The notes beneath the pieces are model-generated. The model saw nothing but the letters and a program-made list of their open reading frames with translations. It was not told where the DNA came from and made no database searches. The translations under genes and the position numbers were made by a program. Below are positions 38,043 through 47,692 of a DNA stretch of 64,000 nt, piece by piece (position 1 is the first letter of the stretch; each line of letters starts with the position of its first letter). The stretch comes from a virus. The stretch covers positions 18,656 to 82,655 of IMG/VR virus record IMGVR_UViG_3300033149_003004; one strand, written 5' to 3'.

Positions 38043-38193
38043 CGCTGGGGGCGAGGCAGGCGACCTCGACACAGAAAAGGATCCCACGTCCGCCGGGGGA
38101 CGGCAAACAAGCCCGGAGGATTTATCCATGTGTTGAGCAGGGAATAGGCATAGGTGAATTATCCCCTTCTCGTAATCGAAAGGAGAGTGAGTC

Positions 38194-38586
38194 ATGGCGA
38201 AGAAGAGTCAAAGCAACAGCATGGTCGTTGAACAGGCGGCCGAGCCCGAGAAGCCAAGGAAGAGGGCACAAGAGCCACTCGATCCAGCTACGCTGAAGCC
38301 CGACGCTGCCAAGCATTTGGCCAAGGGTGAGGATGCGAGGGCGAAATTGCATGTGGCGGCCGAAGCCGTCGAGTTGCTGGGCTTGGGCGGGACAGCCAAG
38401 CAGTTATGGGAGATCGCGACGAAGGCGTATCGAGCGGCTGAGCGGGAAGCCCGGAGAATCCAGAAGGCCTCCAAAAAGGCTGAGCGGAAAGCGAAGATGC
38501 GAGAGAAGAAGCTGGCCCGCATCGCCAAGCTTCGGGAGATGCTCGAGCGGTTGGAGGCTGAGGACGAAGCCAAACACGAAGCGTGA
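38194..38586 (+). CDS. Basic helical hypothetical protein
   Basis: AAGGAG RBS. Confidence 0.65.
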   Translation: MAKKSQSNSMVVEQAAEPEKPRKRAQEPLDPATLKPDAAKHLAKGEDARAKLHVAAEAVELLGLGGTAKQLWEIATKAYRAAEREARRIQKASKKAERKAKMREKKLARIAKLREMLERLEAEDEAKHEA

Positions 38587-38717
38587 CGTAATGGCGAGAA
38601 GATCAAGCAGCCCCGTCGGTAGAACGCCGAACCAGAAATTAAGGAACGGTAGAAACTCTGGTCCGGACCGCCGGGGCTGTTTGGTTATAACTGTTTTTCT
38701 AAGAGGAGACTTGAGAC

Positions 38718-40190
38718 ATGAAGACTTTGGAGATGCTCCGGAATGCCCGCCGTGCCGGGGTCCCGTTGATAGCGATAAATACGCCGGACCCGAAGGACAC
38801 GATGGAGATGCTGGCCTCGCTGGCCAACGGGAAGAGCCCTGTCGTATGCTGGGACTGCATATCGGGACTAAGGCCAGTGAACGAGGCAGGACGCGATGCC
38901 ATCGCTCTAGTCAACGCCGAGGAGGCCGAAGGGAGCCCAATCGGGTTTTTGGAAGCGGCTGCTGATTTACCAGACGGTACGATAGTTTGTTTCCTCCAGG
39001 CCGATGCCTGGATCAACGAGCCTCCGGTGATCCAGGGTATCTGGAATCTGCGTGATCCGTACAAGCGGAGCCAGAGGACATTGATACTGTTGGGCAGACA
39101 GATCCGCCTACCGCTGTCTCTGCAAGGGGACGTGGTGACGATAGACGGAGGGCTCCCTAGCAGGGAGGAGCTAAAGGCGATCGCCAGATCGATGGACGAA
39201 GCAGCGGTTACGGCCTATGCCGAGAGGCCGGAGACAGACGAAGAGACAATCTGTAGAGTGGCTGATTTGACAGCCGGGTTGTCTGCTTTCCTAGCCGAGC
39301 AGGCCGTGGCCATGAGTCTGCGAAGAGATGGCTTTAATTTCGAAGTACTCGCGGAGAATCGACGATCCATGATCGAGCAGACCAGAGGTCTGAGTGTCGA
39401 CCGCGGGCGGGAGACGTTCAACGACATCGGCGGTCTGGATCAGGCCAAGCTATTCGGCCGAGCTTTGTTCGAGGGCCCACATCCGCCTAGTCTGGTTGTC
39501 AGAGTGGAGGAAATCGAGAAGGTGATGGCTGGGTCGCAAGGTGACTTGAGTGGTACGAGTCAGGACGCTCTCCAAGTCATGCTCAATGCGATGGAGGATA
39601 ACGGTTGGGATGGCATTGTCGCGTTCGGTTGTCCTGGAGCAGGCAAGTCATTGTACAGCAAGGCGCTGGCCAACACGTTCGGGCGAATGTCACTCTCTCT
39701 CGATTTGAATGCCACGAAGGGCAGCTTGGTTGGCGAATCGGAAAAATATGTCCGCGAGGCAATGGGTGTGATCCGAGCGATCGGTGGTGATCGCGTGTTC
39801 TTCGTCGCCACCGCCAACCGTCTGAACACGATTCCCGGTGAGCTGTTGCGAAGGTTCCGCGGCGGCATCTGGATGTTCGACTTCCCAGGTGACGAGGAAC
39901 GGTCGCGAATCTGGCCAATTCACCTCGCCAAGTACGGCGTGGATGAAAGCGAGAAGCCAGACGACAAGATGTACGCTGGTTCCGACATCCGGAACTGCTG
40001 CGAGCGGGCTTGGAAGATGGGCAAGAGCTTACGATTCGCGTCGCAGTTCATCGCTCCGGTCGGCAAGACAGCTAAGGACGTGATCCGCGACGCTCAGCGA
40101 TTAGCAGACGGTAACTTCCTCTCGGCATCGCAGCCCGGCCTATACAGATTGGGCGAGTCAGGAGGAGGCCGGCGGAGCGTGGAGTTGTAA
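38718..40190 (+). CDS. Ycf46-like AAA+ ATPase
   Basis: TFNDIGGL, GCPGAGKS Walker A, SLVGESE, VATAN, ELLRRF. Confidence 0.85.
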   Translation: MKTLEMLRNARRAGVPLIAINTPDPKDTMEMLASLANGKSPVVCWDCISGLRPVNEAGRDAIALVNAEEAEGSPIGFLEAAADLPDGTIVCFLQADAWINEPPVIQGIWNLRDPYKRSQRTLILLGRQIRLPLSLQGDVVTIDGGLPSREELKAIARSMDEAAVTAYAERPETDEETICRVADLTAGLSAFLAEQAVAMSLRRDGFNFEVLAENRRSMIEQTRGLSVDRGRETFNDIGGLDQAKLFGRALFEGPHPPSLVVRVEEIEKVMAGSQGDLSGTSQDALQVMLNAMEDNGWDGIVAFGCPGAGKSLYSKALANTFGRMSLSLDLNATKGSLVGESEKYVREAMGVIRAIGGDRVFFVATANRLNTIPGELLRRFRGGIWMFDFPGDEERSRIWPIHLAKYGVDESEKPDDKMYAGSDIRNCCERAWKMGKSLRFASQFIAPVGKTAKDVIRDAQRLADGNFLSASQPGLYRLGESGGGRRSVEL

Positions 40191-40217
40191 TAGCAGAAAG
40201 AAAAAGGAGACTCGACT

Positions 40218-41162
40218 ATGGGAAATCGACTATTCGACAACACGGTGTGCTTGGCGGTGACATTTCACCGAGCCGGCAAGAACCGCAGAGTCCGCAAGTC
40301 AGAGGTCAATGTGGTCCCTGTCTCTTCTCTCAAGCAGTCAGAAGAGAGAGAAGAGAAAGAAGAGAAACCCGACCAATCACTCTTTTCGACTGTCAAGCAA
40401 ATCTTCGAGTCCGAGCACTATCACGAGGCAGAACGAATCGCTCGGGAATTTGACGCCTGGGTCAGCAAGCGGGCAGTACCTTGTCCGCTCAAGCGCGGCA
40501 CGCACCTGATCCCGATAGCGATGCTTGATGAAGTCTATACGAGGTTAGACAATGATCAGGCGAAGTATGACGCTGAGGCTGATGCTTTGCTGGCAGAGTA
40601 CGACACACTGAAGATCGAAGCTCGAAAAGGGTTGGGAGAACTGTACCGAGAAGAGGATTACCCGAAGCCAGAAAGACTCCGGGCATCATTCTGGGTGGGG
40701 CGTCGCATATTCGACTTCTCCCCGCCAGGCGAGGGAAAGCTCAGCGAAGTCGTATACAAGCAGGAGCGGGCCCGCTGGCAGCAGACGTTTGCTGAGGCTG
40801 AGAATGAGGTAAGGCTGGCATTACGAGAATCGATGCTGGCACTGGTGTCCCATCTAGCCGAGCGGTTGCAACCCGATCCAGATGGCCGACGGAAGGTGCT
40901 TCGCAACCCCGCTGTCGACAAGGTGGTAGAGTTCCTTGAGCTGTTCGACCGCCGGAACGTGCTCAATGACGAAGAACTGAAGGCTCTGGTTGTCCGTGCT
41001 CGCCGCGTGCTTAACGGCGACCCAATGATGGCTGAAGCCCTGCGTCAGGATGAATCAGTCCGGGAGATCGTCCGTCGCAGAATGGAGGAAGTCAAGTCCC
41101 GACTGGACGTGCTCATTAAAAGCGGTCCGGCTCGGGTAATCTCTTTCGACGAGGAGGAATAG
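40218..41162 (+). CDS. DUF3150-like protein
   Basis: LGELYREEDYP, HLAERL, NVLNDEEL..LV..AR; typical neighbour of the AAA gene. Confidence 0.6.
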   Translation: MGNRLFDNTVCLAVTFHRAGKNRRVRKSEVNVVPVSSLKQSEEREEKEEKPDQSLFSTVKQIFESEHYHEAERIAREFDAWVSKRAVPCPLKRGTHLIPIAMLDEVYTRLDNDQAKYDAEADALLAEYDTLKIEARKGLGELYREEDYPKPERLRASFWVGRRIFDFSPPGEGKLSEVVYKQERARWQQTFAEAENEVRLALRESMLALVSHLAERLQPDPDGRRKVLRNPAVDKVVEFLELFDRRNVLNDEELKALVVRARRVLNGDPMMAEALRQDESVREIVRRRMEEVKSRLDVLIKSGPARVISFDEEE

Positions 41163-41164
41163 AC

Positions 41165-41479
41165 ATGCCATGCTGGGAAGTGAGAACGATGTCCGTGGAG
41201 TTCAAAGCCAAGCATCGTAAGCTACTTGAGCAGGCGATTGAATCTCTTGGTTGGGAACACGAAAGCGTTGCAAGAGGTATTCGAATAAAGACATCCACAT
41301 GGAATTCTTTCACGATTGATCTTGCTTCGCAGAAGGCCGAGATCCAACCAGGTCAACAAACCAATCTGAACCGGCTCAAGCAGCAATATAGCAAGGAAGC
41401 CTTGAGACGTGTGGCTAAGCTCCAAGGATGGCGATTTAAGCAGCAGAAAGCTCAACTGAAAGGAGTGCTCCGAAAATGA
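41165..41479 (+). CDS. DUF1257-like protein
   Basis: LLEQAIESLG, LKQQYS..A...GW. Confidence 0.6.
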   Translation: MPCWEVRTMSVEFKAKHRKLLEQAIESLGWEHESVARGIRIKTSTWNSFTIDLASQKAEIQPGQQTNLNRLKQQYSKEALRRVAKLQGWRFKQQKAQLKGVLRK

Positions 41480-41682
41480 ACGATTCGATTAGCTGGGAGA
41501 TTCTCGAAGATGGAACGGTGACGATCACAACCGACCAAATCAGTAGACAAAATCATTTGTCCGCCGATGAGCTATTGGAGAAGTTAGCAGACATGCTTGG
41601 CGGGCCAGTGAAGATCGAAGAGCGGAGGGGGCATGTGCATAAGCATCGCGGTGTTGTTCACCAGCACCGCCACACTCATTGA
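41476..41682 (+). CDS. DUF2997-like small protein with His-rich tail
   Basis: ILEDGTVTI..LG; follows the DUF1257-like gene. Confidence 0.55.
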   Translation: MNDSISWEILEDGTVTITTDQISRQNHLSADELLEKLADMLGGPVKIEERRGHVHKHRGVVHQHRHTH

Positions 41683-41693
41683 AGCAAGTCTCC

Positions 41694-41756
41694 GCCCCGG
41701 TGGAACCGAGGGAGCGAGCTCGTCGCTCGCCCCTCGGGCCGGGGTTACAATTTCTC
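41694..41756 (+). terminator. Long GC hairpin ending the early operon
   Basis: CCCCGG..CCGAGGG.GCGA / TCGC..CCCTCGG.CCGGGG then ATTTCT. Confidence 0.5.
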
Positions 41757-41817
41757 ACGCAATAGCGATAGAGAATCAGATAAAATAGTAGACAGCACAA
41801 AGCAAAGGGAGATCATC

Positions 41818-42339
41818 ATGCAACAGCAAGACGCTGTGGAAGAAACCTACGATGATGTGAAGATGCTAATTCACAAAATCTGTCGTAGCTTCATGCGACG
41901 GAAGAGAATTCATCAACGATACTACGAGGACTGGCACGCCGAAGCGTGCTTGGCCTTCGTTCGTGCCTATCAGAGCTACAATCAGTTGCGGGGTCGTTTT
42001 AGCACGTGGCTTTGGCACTCCGTCTGGAACGCCTTGAGTGAGCAGCTTCGGACGGAGGCCGTTCACCATCTGACCCCGCATCTGACAGAATCGCAGATGA
42101 ACAGGATCATCGATAACCAAAGTCCCCAATATGACAAGAGCAACCTGGACTCATCACTGTCGCAAGATGCTAAAGCAGTGATGATGCTATTGCTTGATAC
42201 GTTCGGCCATATCGACTCGCAGGAGGAGAAGCCAGGGGAGATTCGGTTGTCCATCCACGATCTGCTCAGCAGTCTAGGATGGTCGTTCCGGCGGATTGTG
42301 GAATCGTTCCGCGAGATACAGATTGCGTTAACAGAATAG
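41818..42339 (+). CDS. Sigma70-family (region 2) factor-like protein
   Basis: ED..AEACLAFVRAYQSYN..RGRFSTWLWHSVWNAL. Confidence 0.75.
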   Translation: MQQQDAVEETYDDVKMLIHKICRSFMRRKRIHQRYYEDWHAEACLAFVRAYQSYNQLRGRFSTWLWHSVWNALSEQLRTEAVHHLTPHLTESQMNRIIDNQSPQYDKSNLDSSLSQDAKAVMMLLLDTFGHIDSQEEKPGEIRLSIHDLLSSLGWSFRRIVESFREIQIALTE

Positions 42340-42576
42340 GGGGTTGGGCCTCATGAGTTGCGATTTGACATTCCGTGTCGAGAAGGTATCAATCTTTACC
42401 GGTAAGGAAAGAGCCGATAGAGTCAGTATACATACTACAGTGGAGAGTCCAATGCCTAGCATCACAGCAGGACCACTCCGTCTCGACTTCGACGTGACAG
42501 CCGGTAACGGCTATCAATACGTGACGAGAGTCCTCCGAGTCAATGAGCAAGACGTTGAAGTAATCTCCATAGAAAA

Positions 42577-43944
42577 GTGAAAGCCAATCCCCTCAACTAT
42601 CAGATTTCGTCGATCACCAAGATCGAGAAGTTTCATGGACGCTGTCTGTTGGCTCACGAAATGGGGCTTGGGAAAACCCTTATCTCGCTATGGTGGTGGC
42701 AACGGCATCCAGAAGCACACCCCGCGCTGGTGATTTGTCCGGCTTCGGCCAAGTGGGTCTGGGCACACGAAGCCGCTCAGAACATTGGCATCCAACCATT
42801 GGTGATCGAAGGCACAAAAGCGAAGAACATAGGTGCCGAAAGAACGAAGCCAGATATTGTCATTATCAATTACGACGTGCTCCATCATTGGGTGGGCCAG
42901 TTGCAAAAATTCGGCTTTTGTTCGCTGTTCATTGATGAGTGCCACTTCACGAAATCCACTTCCGCAAAGCGGACCAAGGCCGTACGAGCAGTGGCTAAAG
43001 GAATCCGGTACGTGATCGCCATTTCCGGCACACCACTACTTCAGCGACCAATCGAACTGTTTCCCACGTTGCAAATGCTCCGACCGAGCGTGTTCCGGAG
43101 CCGTTGGGCTTACGCCCACAAGTATTGCAATCCGCGTTGGACGCCGTGGGGATGGAAGTATGATGGAGCCAGTCGGCTGCCGGAGCTGCACAATCTGCTT
43201 CAGCACACCGTCATGATCCGCTATCGAAAACAGGACGTAATGCCGGAACTGCCGGAGAAGGTACGTCGTGTGCTGCCACTACCTTTGTCGGACGAAAGCG
43301 AATACTTGGAGGCTAAGGATTCGTTTCTGCTGTGGTTGGGCCGGAGAAATCCTACTCGATTACGGTCAGCGGAGCGGTCTGAAGCTCTGGTGCAGCTCGG
43401 CTACCTGAAGCGATTGGCGGCTCGGCTGAAGCTCAGGGCAGCAGTCGATTGGGTAAACAGGTGGATCGAAAGCTATCCCACGGAGAAAATCGTGTTGTTC
43501 GCTGTGCATCGCAAGGCAATTGAAGCACTGCAGCACCGGATAAAAGCCAAGATGGTAACAGTAGATGGATCTATCACCGGCAGAAAGAGAAAGACAGCAG
43601 TTCAGCAATTCCAGCAAGACAGCAGGACGAAGGTGTTCCTAGGCAACATTCGAGCCACGGGAACAAGCATTACCCTCACAGCGGCAACTACGGTGGCATT
43701 CATCGAGTTAGATTGGGTGCCAGCCGTCCACACGCAAGCAGAGGATCGCATCCATCGTATCGGGCAGCGGGAGAAGTCATGGATTTGGTATCTTGTCGCG
43801 GCAGGGACAATAGAGGAGAGACTCTGCAAGATTCTGGAGCAGAAGCAACGAGTAGTAACAAGTACATTGGATGGCTTTGGCAAGGCTGACGAATTAGACG
43901 TGTACAAGCAGTTACTGAAGCAGTTAGCAGAAGAAAGGGCGTGA
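42577..43944 (+). CDS. SNF2/HARP-like helicase
   Basis: EMGLGKT, DECH, SGTP, QAEDRIHRIGQ. Confidence 0.92.
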   Translation: MKANPLNYQISSITKIEKFHGRCLLAHEMGLGKTLISLWWWQRHPEAHPALVICPASAKWVWAHEAAQNIGIQPLVIEGTKAKNIGAERTKPDIVIINYDVLHHWVGQLQKFGFCSLFIDECHFTKSTSAKRTKAVRAVAKGIRYVIAISGTPLLQRPIELFPTLQMLRPSVFRSRWAYAHKYCNPRWTPWGWKYDGASRLPELHNLLQHTVMIRYRKQDVMPELPEKVRRVLPLPLSDESEYLEAKDSFLLWLGRRNPTRLRSAERSEALVQLGYLKRLAARLKLRAAVDWVNRWIESYPTEKIVLFAVHRKAIEALQHRIKAKMVTVDGSITGRKRKTAVQQFQQDSRTKVFLGNIRATGTSITLTAATTVAFIELDWVPAVHTQAEDRIHRIGQREKSWIWYLVAAGTIEERLCKILEQKQRVVTSTLDGFGKADELDVYKQLLKQLAEERA

Positions 43945-43947
43945 GAC

Positions 43948-44142
43948 ATGAATGCAAAACATGAACTCTCCGATAATAGCAAGGAAGAGGATCGGGATAG
44001 CACAACGCTGATTGTCTGTGGGGTGCCGGAGGAGTTGAAGATACGATTCAAGCTCTCCTGTGTTCGCCGTGGCCTATCTATGAGCGAGGTGCTGGTGGAA
44101 GCCATCAGAAGGATCGTAGAGCAGAGCGAGGATCGTCTATGA
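43948..44142 (+). CDS. Ribbon-helix-helix regulator
   Basis: LIVCGVPEELKIRFK..C...GLSMSEVLVEAI. Confidence 0.7.
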   Translation: MNAKHELSDNSKEEDRDSTTLIVCGVPEELKIRFKLSCVRRGLSMSEVLVEAIRRIVEQSEDRL

Positions 44143-45014
44143 GTTTGCGACAGTTGTTGAGAGATCACAACATTTCATTCGCAGAGGGCGATTCTCACCA
44201 CCACGTACGCAATGGGTGGGTAGGAGTAGATTGTCCATGGTGCGGCACTATCGGTAAGTGGCACTTGGGCATTCATCTTGAGACTCTCACTGCTACCTGC
44301 TGGCGTTGTGGCAGGCACGACTTCGTCTCTGTGTTATCCAGACTGCTCAGGATAAATCGGAGTATGGCAAGGCAACTTGCGAAGGAATTGCCCAAGAGCA
44401 GGAGGCTGCCGAAACGGTCTGGGCTGTCTAGGGGAACGCTGCGAACGCCCCCTGGACTGGAGCAGCTCTCCCGAGTGCATAAGCAATACCTGCTCAGGAG
44501 AGGATTCGATCCGGAGCATCTAATCCGCCTGTGGGGCTTGCGAGGATTGGGCCCATTGGCAGGACCGCTGAGCTGGAGGATTTGGATCCCAGTCCACCTG
44601 AGCGGTGAAGTCGTTTCCTGGACCACTCGATCTATCGGAATCACAGAGCATCGGTATGTCCACGCCTCACCGCAGGAGGAGGTATGGCCGATCAAGACGA
44701 TCCTGTACGGCTGGGACTACGTTTGGGACACCGTGATCGTTTGCGAGGGGCCGACGGATGTGTGGAGAATAGGACCAGGAGCCGTGGCGGTCTTCGGGCA
44801 AACAGTAAGCGATGCTCAGCTCAGCCTGCTGGCAACGATACCAAAACGAATTGTGTGTTTCGATAGTGAACCATCGGCTCAAGAGCAAGCTACTCGGTTA
44901 TGTGAGCAGTTACAGTGCTTTCCAGGCGAGACAATCCGCATAGAGATTGAAGCAAACGATCCTGGATCTGCTTCTGAGCAAGAGCTTAGCGAACTCAAAA
45001 GACTATTGAGATAG
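44139..45014 (+). CDS. DNA primase (Zn finger + TOPRIM)
   Basis: CPWC..CWRC, YLLRRG, VCEGPTD, CFDSE. Confidence 0.88.
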   Translation: MSLRQLLRDHNISFAEGDSHHHVRNGWVGVDCPWCGTIGKWHLGIHLETLTATCWRCGRHDFVSVLSRLLRINRSMARQLAKELPKSRRLPKRSGLSRGTLRTPPGLEQLSRVHKQYLLRRGFDPEHLIRLWGLRGLGPLAGPLSWRIWIPVHLSGEVVSWTTRSIGITEHRYVHASPQEEVWPIKTILYGWDYVWDTVIVCEGPTDVWRIGPGAVAVFGQTVSDAQLSLLATIPKRIVCFDSEPSAQEQATRLCEQLQCFPGETIRIEIEANDPGSASEQELSELKRLLR

Positions 45015-45025
45015 GAGGCTAGCTA

Positions 45026-46516
45026 ATGAGTAGAATAAGAAAGCTCACACCAGAGCAAGAGGAGGCCATACCAGAATGGCTAGATCGATATTGGAAGATC
45101 GGAACTTGTACCGACCCGACTGACAAGAAAACCGTTGCCAGTGTACTAGCTGACATGTACCGGCTTATCTCAGAAAAACCCCCCTTACCCATATGGTGTG
45201 ACTCGCCACTGACTAGTTGCTTGGCCATATCCATATTGAAGGCAGGATCACCAGAAAAACCACTCGGGGATTCGCTCAGGGATTCGCTTTGGAGTCCGCT
45301 CGGGGATTCGCTCTGGAGTTCGCTCAGGGATCCGCTCTGGAATTCGCTCAGGGATTCGCTCTGGAGTTCGCTCAGGGATTCGCTCTGGAGTTCGCTCTGG
45401 AATCCGCTCTGGAATCCGCTCTGGAGTTCACTCGGAGGTTCGCTCAGGGATTCGCTCAGAAAGTCATTCGGAAAGTCACTCGGATATCCGCTCGGACGTT
45501 CACTAAGACACTCGCTCGGGCATTCACTTAGGCATTCGCTCTGGATGTCACTTAGGCATTCGCTCTGGATGTCACTTGCAAACTCATTTGAGGAGTCGTT
45601 CGGGGATCCACTCAGGCATTTACTCGGGGGCTCGCTCGGATATTCATCTGAGCATTCGCTCGGGACTCTGTTTGAGAGATCGCTAGGACTTTCGCTTTGG
45701 AGCTCATTCGGGCATTCGGTTTGGGATTCGCTTAGGAATTCGCTTGGGGATTTGTCCGGGGAATTACCCCAGAGAGCATTCTGGGGCTCCACCAATGCAT
45801 TTTGGCTTTGCCTGTACTCGTTCTGCAGATGGATTGGAGTCCAATACACGGAAGAGAGTTGCGCCAAGCTTGATTTACAAGAGCGATTGGCCCGATCATC
45901 ATTCTGGATCTGGCCATACACAAACTACTGCATTGTATCAGCAAGGCCATCGGAATTACATTGGACACGGCCTTTCGGTGTCCTGCACCGAGATGGCGGA
46001 CCTGCTATAGCCTTTCGCGATGGCTGGAAGTTCTGGCTACTGAACGGAGTTCATGTTCCACAATGGCTAGCCGAACAACGAGACATCGAAATCGATCCCA
46101 AGCGGATTGCAGAATGCGATAATGCCGAGGTACGTAGAGAATTCGTGCGGAAGGTTGGGCTCGACAGAATCTATCACAAGCTTGGCGGCAAGGTGATTCA
46201 CGAGCGGACAGTATATCTCAAGACTCCATACAACGAGCATTGGCCTTGTCACTACAAGCTAGTTGACCTAGCGTATGCAGAAGGCGTGTTGAGGCGGGTG
46301 TTAGAAATGCCAAACCCGTCGCTGCCTGGAGTCAAGCACGTAGAATATGTGCCGAACGAATGTGAAACAGTGGAGCAGGCAATGAACTTCCGCTTGAATC
46401 GAACAGAAAACCAGGTCGATGACGAAGCGGGAGTTGAATGGTATCTGCATGGGGATGTTATCGTTACTCCAAAGAGAGCCACCAGTTTCAAGCGGTGGCC
46501 GGAAAGGATCGCATGA
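45026..46516 (+). CDS. DUF6745-like protein with SLxx tetrapeptide repeats
   Basis: KLTPEQE start; SLRDSLWS repeats; LHRDGGPAIAFRDGW, NAEVRREFVRKVG. Confidence 0.75.
   Translation: MSRIRKLTPEQEEAIPEWLDRYWKIGTCTDPTDKKTVASVLADMYRLISEKPPLPIWCDSPLTSCLAISILKAGSPEKPLGDSLRDSLWSPLGDSLWSSLRDPLWNSLRDSLWSSLRDSLWSSLWNPLWNPLWSSLGGSLRDSLRKSFGKSLGYPLGRSLRHSLGHSLRHSLWMSLRHSLWMSLANSFEESFGDPLRHLLGGSLGYSSEHSLGTLFERSLGLSLWSSFGHSVWDSLRNSLGDLSGELPQRAFWGSTNAFWLCLYSFCRWIGVQYTEESCAKLDLQERLARSSFWIWPYTNYCIVSARPSELHWTRPFGVLHRDGGPAIAFRDGWKFWLLNGVHVPQWLAEQRDIEIDPKRIAECDNAEVRREFVRKVGLDRIYHKLGGKVIHERTVYLKTPYNEHWPCHYKLVDLAYAEGVLRRVLEMPNPSLPGVKHVEYVPNECETVEQAMNFRLNRTENQVDDEAGVEWYLHGDVIVTPKRATSFKRWPERIA
45260..45760 (+). repeat. 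12-nt periodic coding repeat
   Basis: TCGCTCnGGnnn units encoding SLRD/SLWS/SLGH. Confidence 0.85.
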
Positions 46517-46755
46517 TGAGTAAAAAGCACAAGAGGTTGGCTGAAGGTGAAGTCACAGGACATGCACACGTCGCGTTAGCAAACGACGCATGGGTCATGG
46601 GTAATGGTGATCAGAGGGAGCTGTTTGCTCCCTCCGGAACGCAGATCACCCACGAGGAGCACAGCACAATTCTGCTTCCTCCCGGAAAGTATGATGTGAG
46701 TAGGCAGCAAGAGTTCGATCCGGATGAGGAGGAAATGAGAAGCGTCCAAGACTGA
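46513..46755 (+). CDS. Small HEEH-motif protein
   Basis: LAEGEVTGHAH, THEEH, LPPGKY..RQQEF; usual partner of DUF6745-type genes. Confidence 0.7.
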   Translation: MMSKKHKRLAEGEVTGHAHVALANDAWVMGNGDQRELFAPSGTQITHEEHSTILLPPGKYDVSRQQEFDPDEEEMRSVQD

Positions 46756-46789
46756 CCGGGATTAGCACTACTGCGGAGAGGCAAGGGGT

Positions 46790-46934
46790 CAACCTCCCTG
46801 TCCTCTGCGCTAGGACCCCGTTTAAGGGCCCTAGCACAGCGATAGACGGCCTCTAAAGCCTCTGCTCCTATTCTGGGCACCCCTCGCCTCTCCGTCCCTT
46901 CAGACACCGCTCAGAGCGTTCCACCGACTGCTCC
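46790..46934 (+). repeat. ~145-bp direct repeat, copy 1
   Basis: Highly similar to 49217-49360. Confidence 0.9.
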
Positions 46935-46986
46935 ATCCGGGACTTCTGGGAACCGAGTGGGAAATGGACAAATCTCCCGAATCCCG

Positions 46987-47017
46987 CTAGGTGAAAAAGC
47001 AGCCCATATCCTATAAT
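46987..47017 (+). promoter_or_regulatory. Putative promoter CTAGGTG-N18-TATAAT
   Basis: Perfect TATAAT in intergenic DNA upstream of replication genes. Confidence 0.5.
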
Positions 47018-47198
47018 AAGGGTGTTCCGGAAACGAGTGTTCGTATCCCTAGGGCTCGGGGCCGGAATGGGGAAGAGGCACCCCCGACAATCGATAGGAC
47101 CCAGAGAGGTGAGAAAGAACCAATTTAATGTTATTCATATATTCATATTCGACACAAGCGAGAAGCATTGGGTTGGTTCTTCCCTTGCTTCTGAGTCC

Positions 47199-47238
47199 GA
47201 GCCCGTCCTGGCCACGAACCCGGGACGGGCTTCTTTTT
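47199..47238 (+). terminator. Leader terminator/attenuator
   Basis: GAGCCCGTCC...GGACGGGCTT followed by CTTTTT. Confidence 0.7.
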
Positions 47239-47291
47239 GCCGCGAGTGGGCCTTTGTCGTGAATGAGCTCTTGTTGTGAAAAGGAAATGAA

Positions 47292-47678
47292 ATGAGCCAA
47301 TTCAGACGAAAAAAGAACGAGAAGAATGCAAGCGTGGGGAAACCCCTCAACACACCACTTTCTGCTGAGGAACGACGTGAAAAGGGATTCAACGGAGTAT
47401 ATATTCCTTGGCACGTCCTCAAGTTGATTGAGCGGGGAGAGCTAAAAGCGATTGATGCTTTGATGCTGTGCATGATCCATTCCTCGTGCGATAGAAAGCA
47501 CGAATGCTTCGCATCGAATGCCTATCTCGGAAAACTCATCGGAGTGGGCAAATCGCGGGCAGGTGTGATCATTTCCAAGCTTCGGCGGTTGGGGCTAGTC
47601 AAAATCGCAGCTTACGACGCGGGAAGATATCGAGCACTACAAGTCGTTTACAATATGGGCTCAACTTGTGAGACATAA
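47292..47678 (+). CDS. Winged-HTH protein (initiator N-terminal type)
   Basis: CFASNAYLGKLIGV....ISKLRRLGLV. Confidence 0.75.
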   Translation: MSQFRRKKNEKNASVGKPLNTPLSAEERREKGFNGVYIPWHVLKLIERGELKAIDALMLCMIHSSCDRKHECFASNAYLGKLIGVGKSRAGVIISKLRRLGLVKIAAYDAGRYRALQVVYNMGSTCET

Positions 47679-47692
47679 GAGAGGAGAATGAA

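Noticed and set aside
45019-45921. 300-aa minus-strand ORF
   Set aside because: Mostly the shadow of the 12-nt repeat; no recognisable domain, unlike the intein antisense ORF
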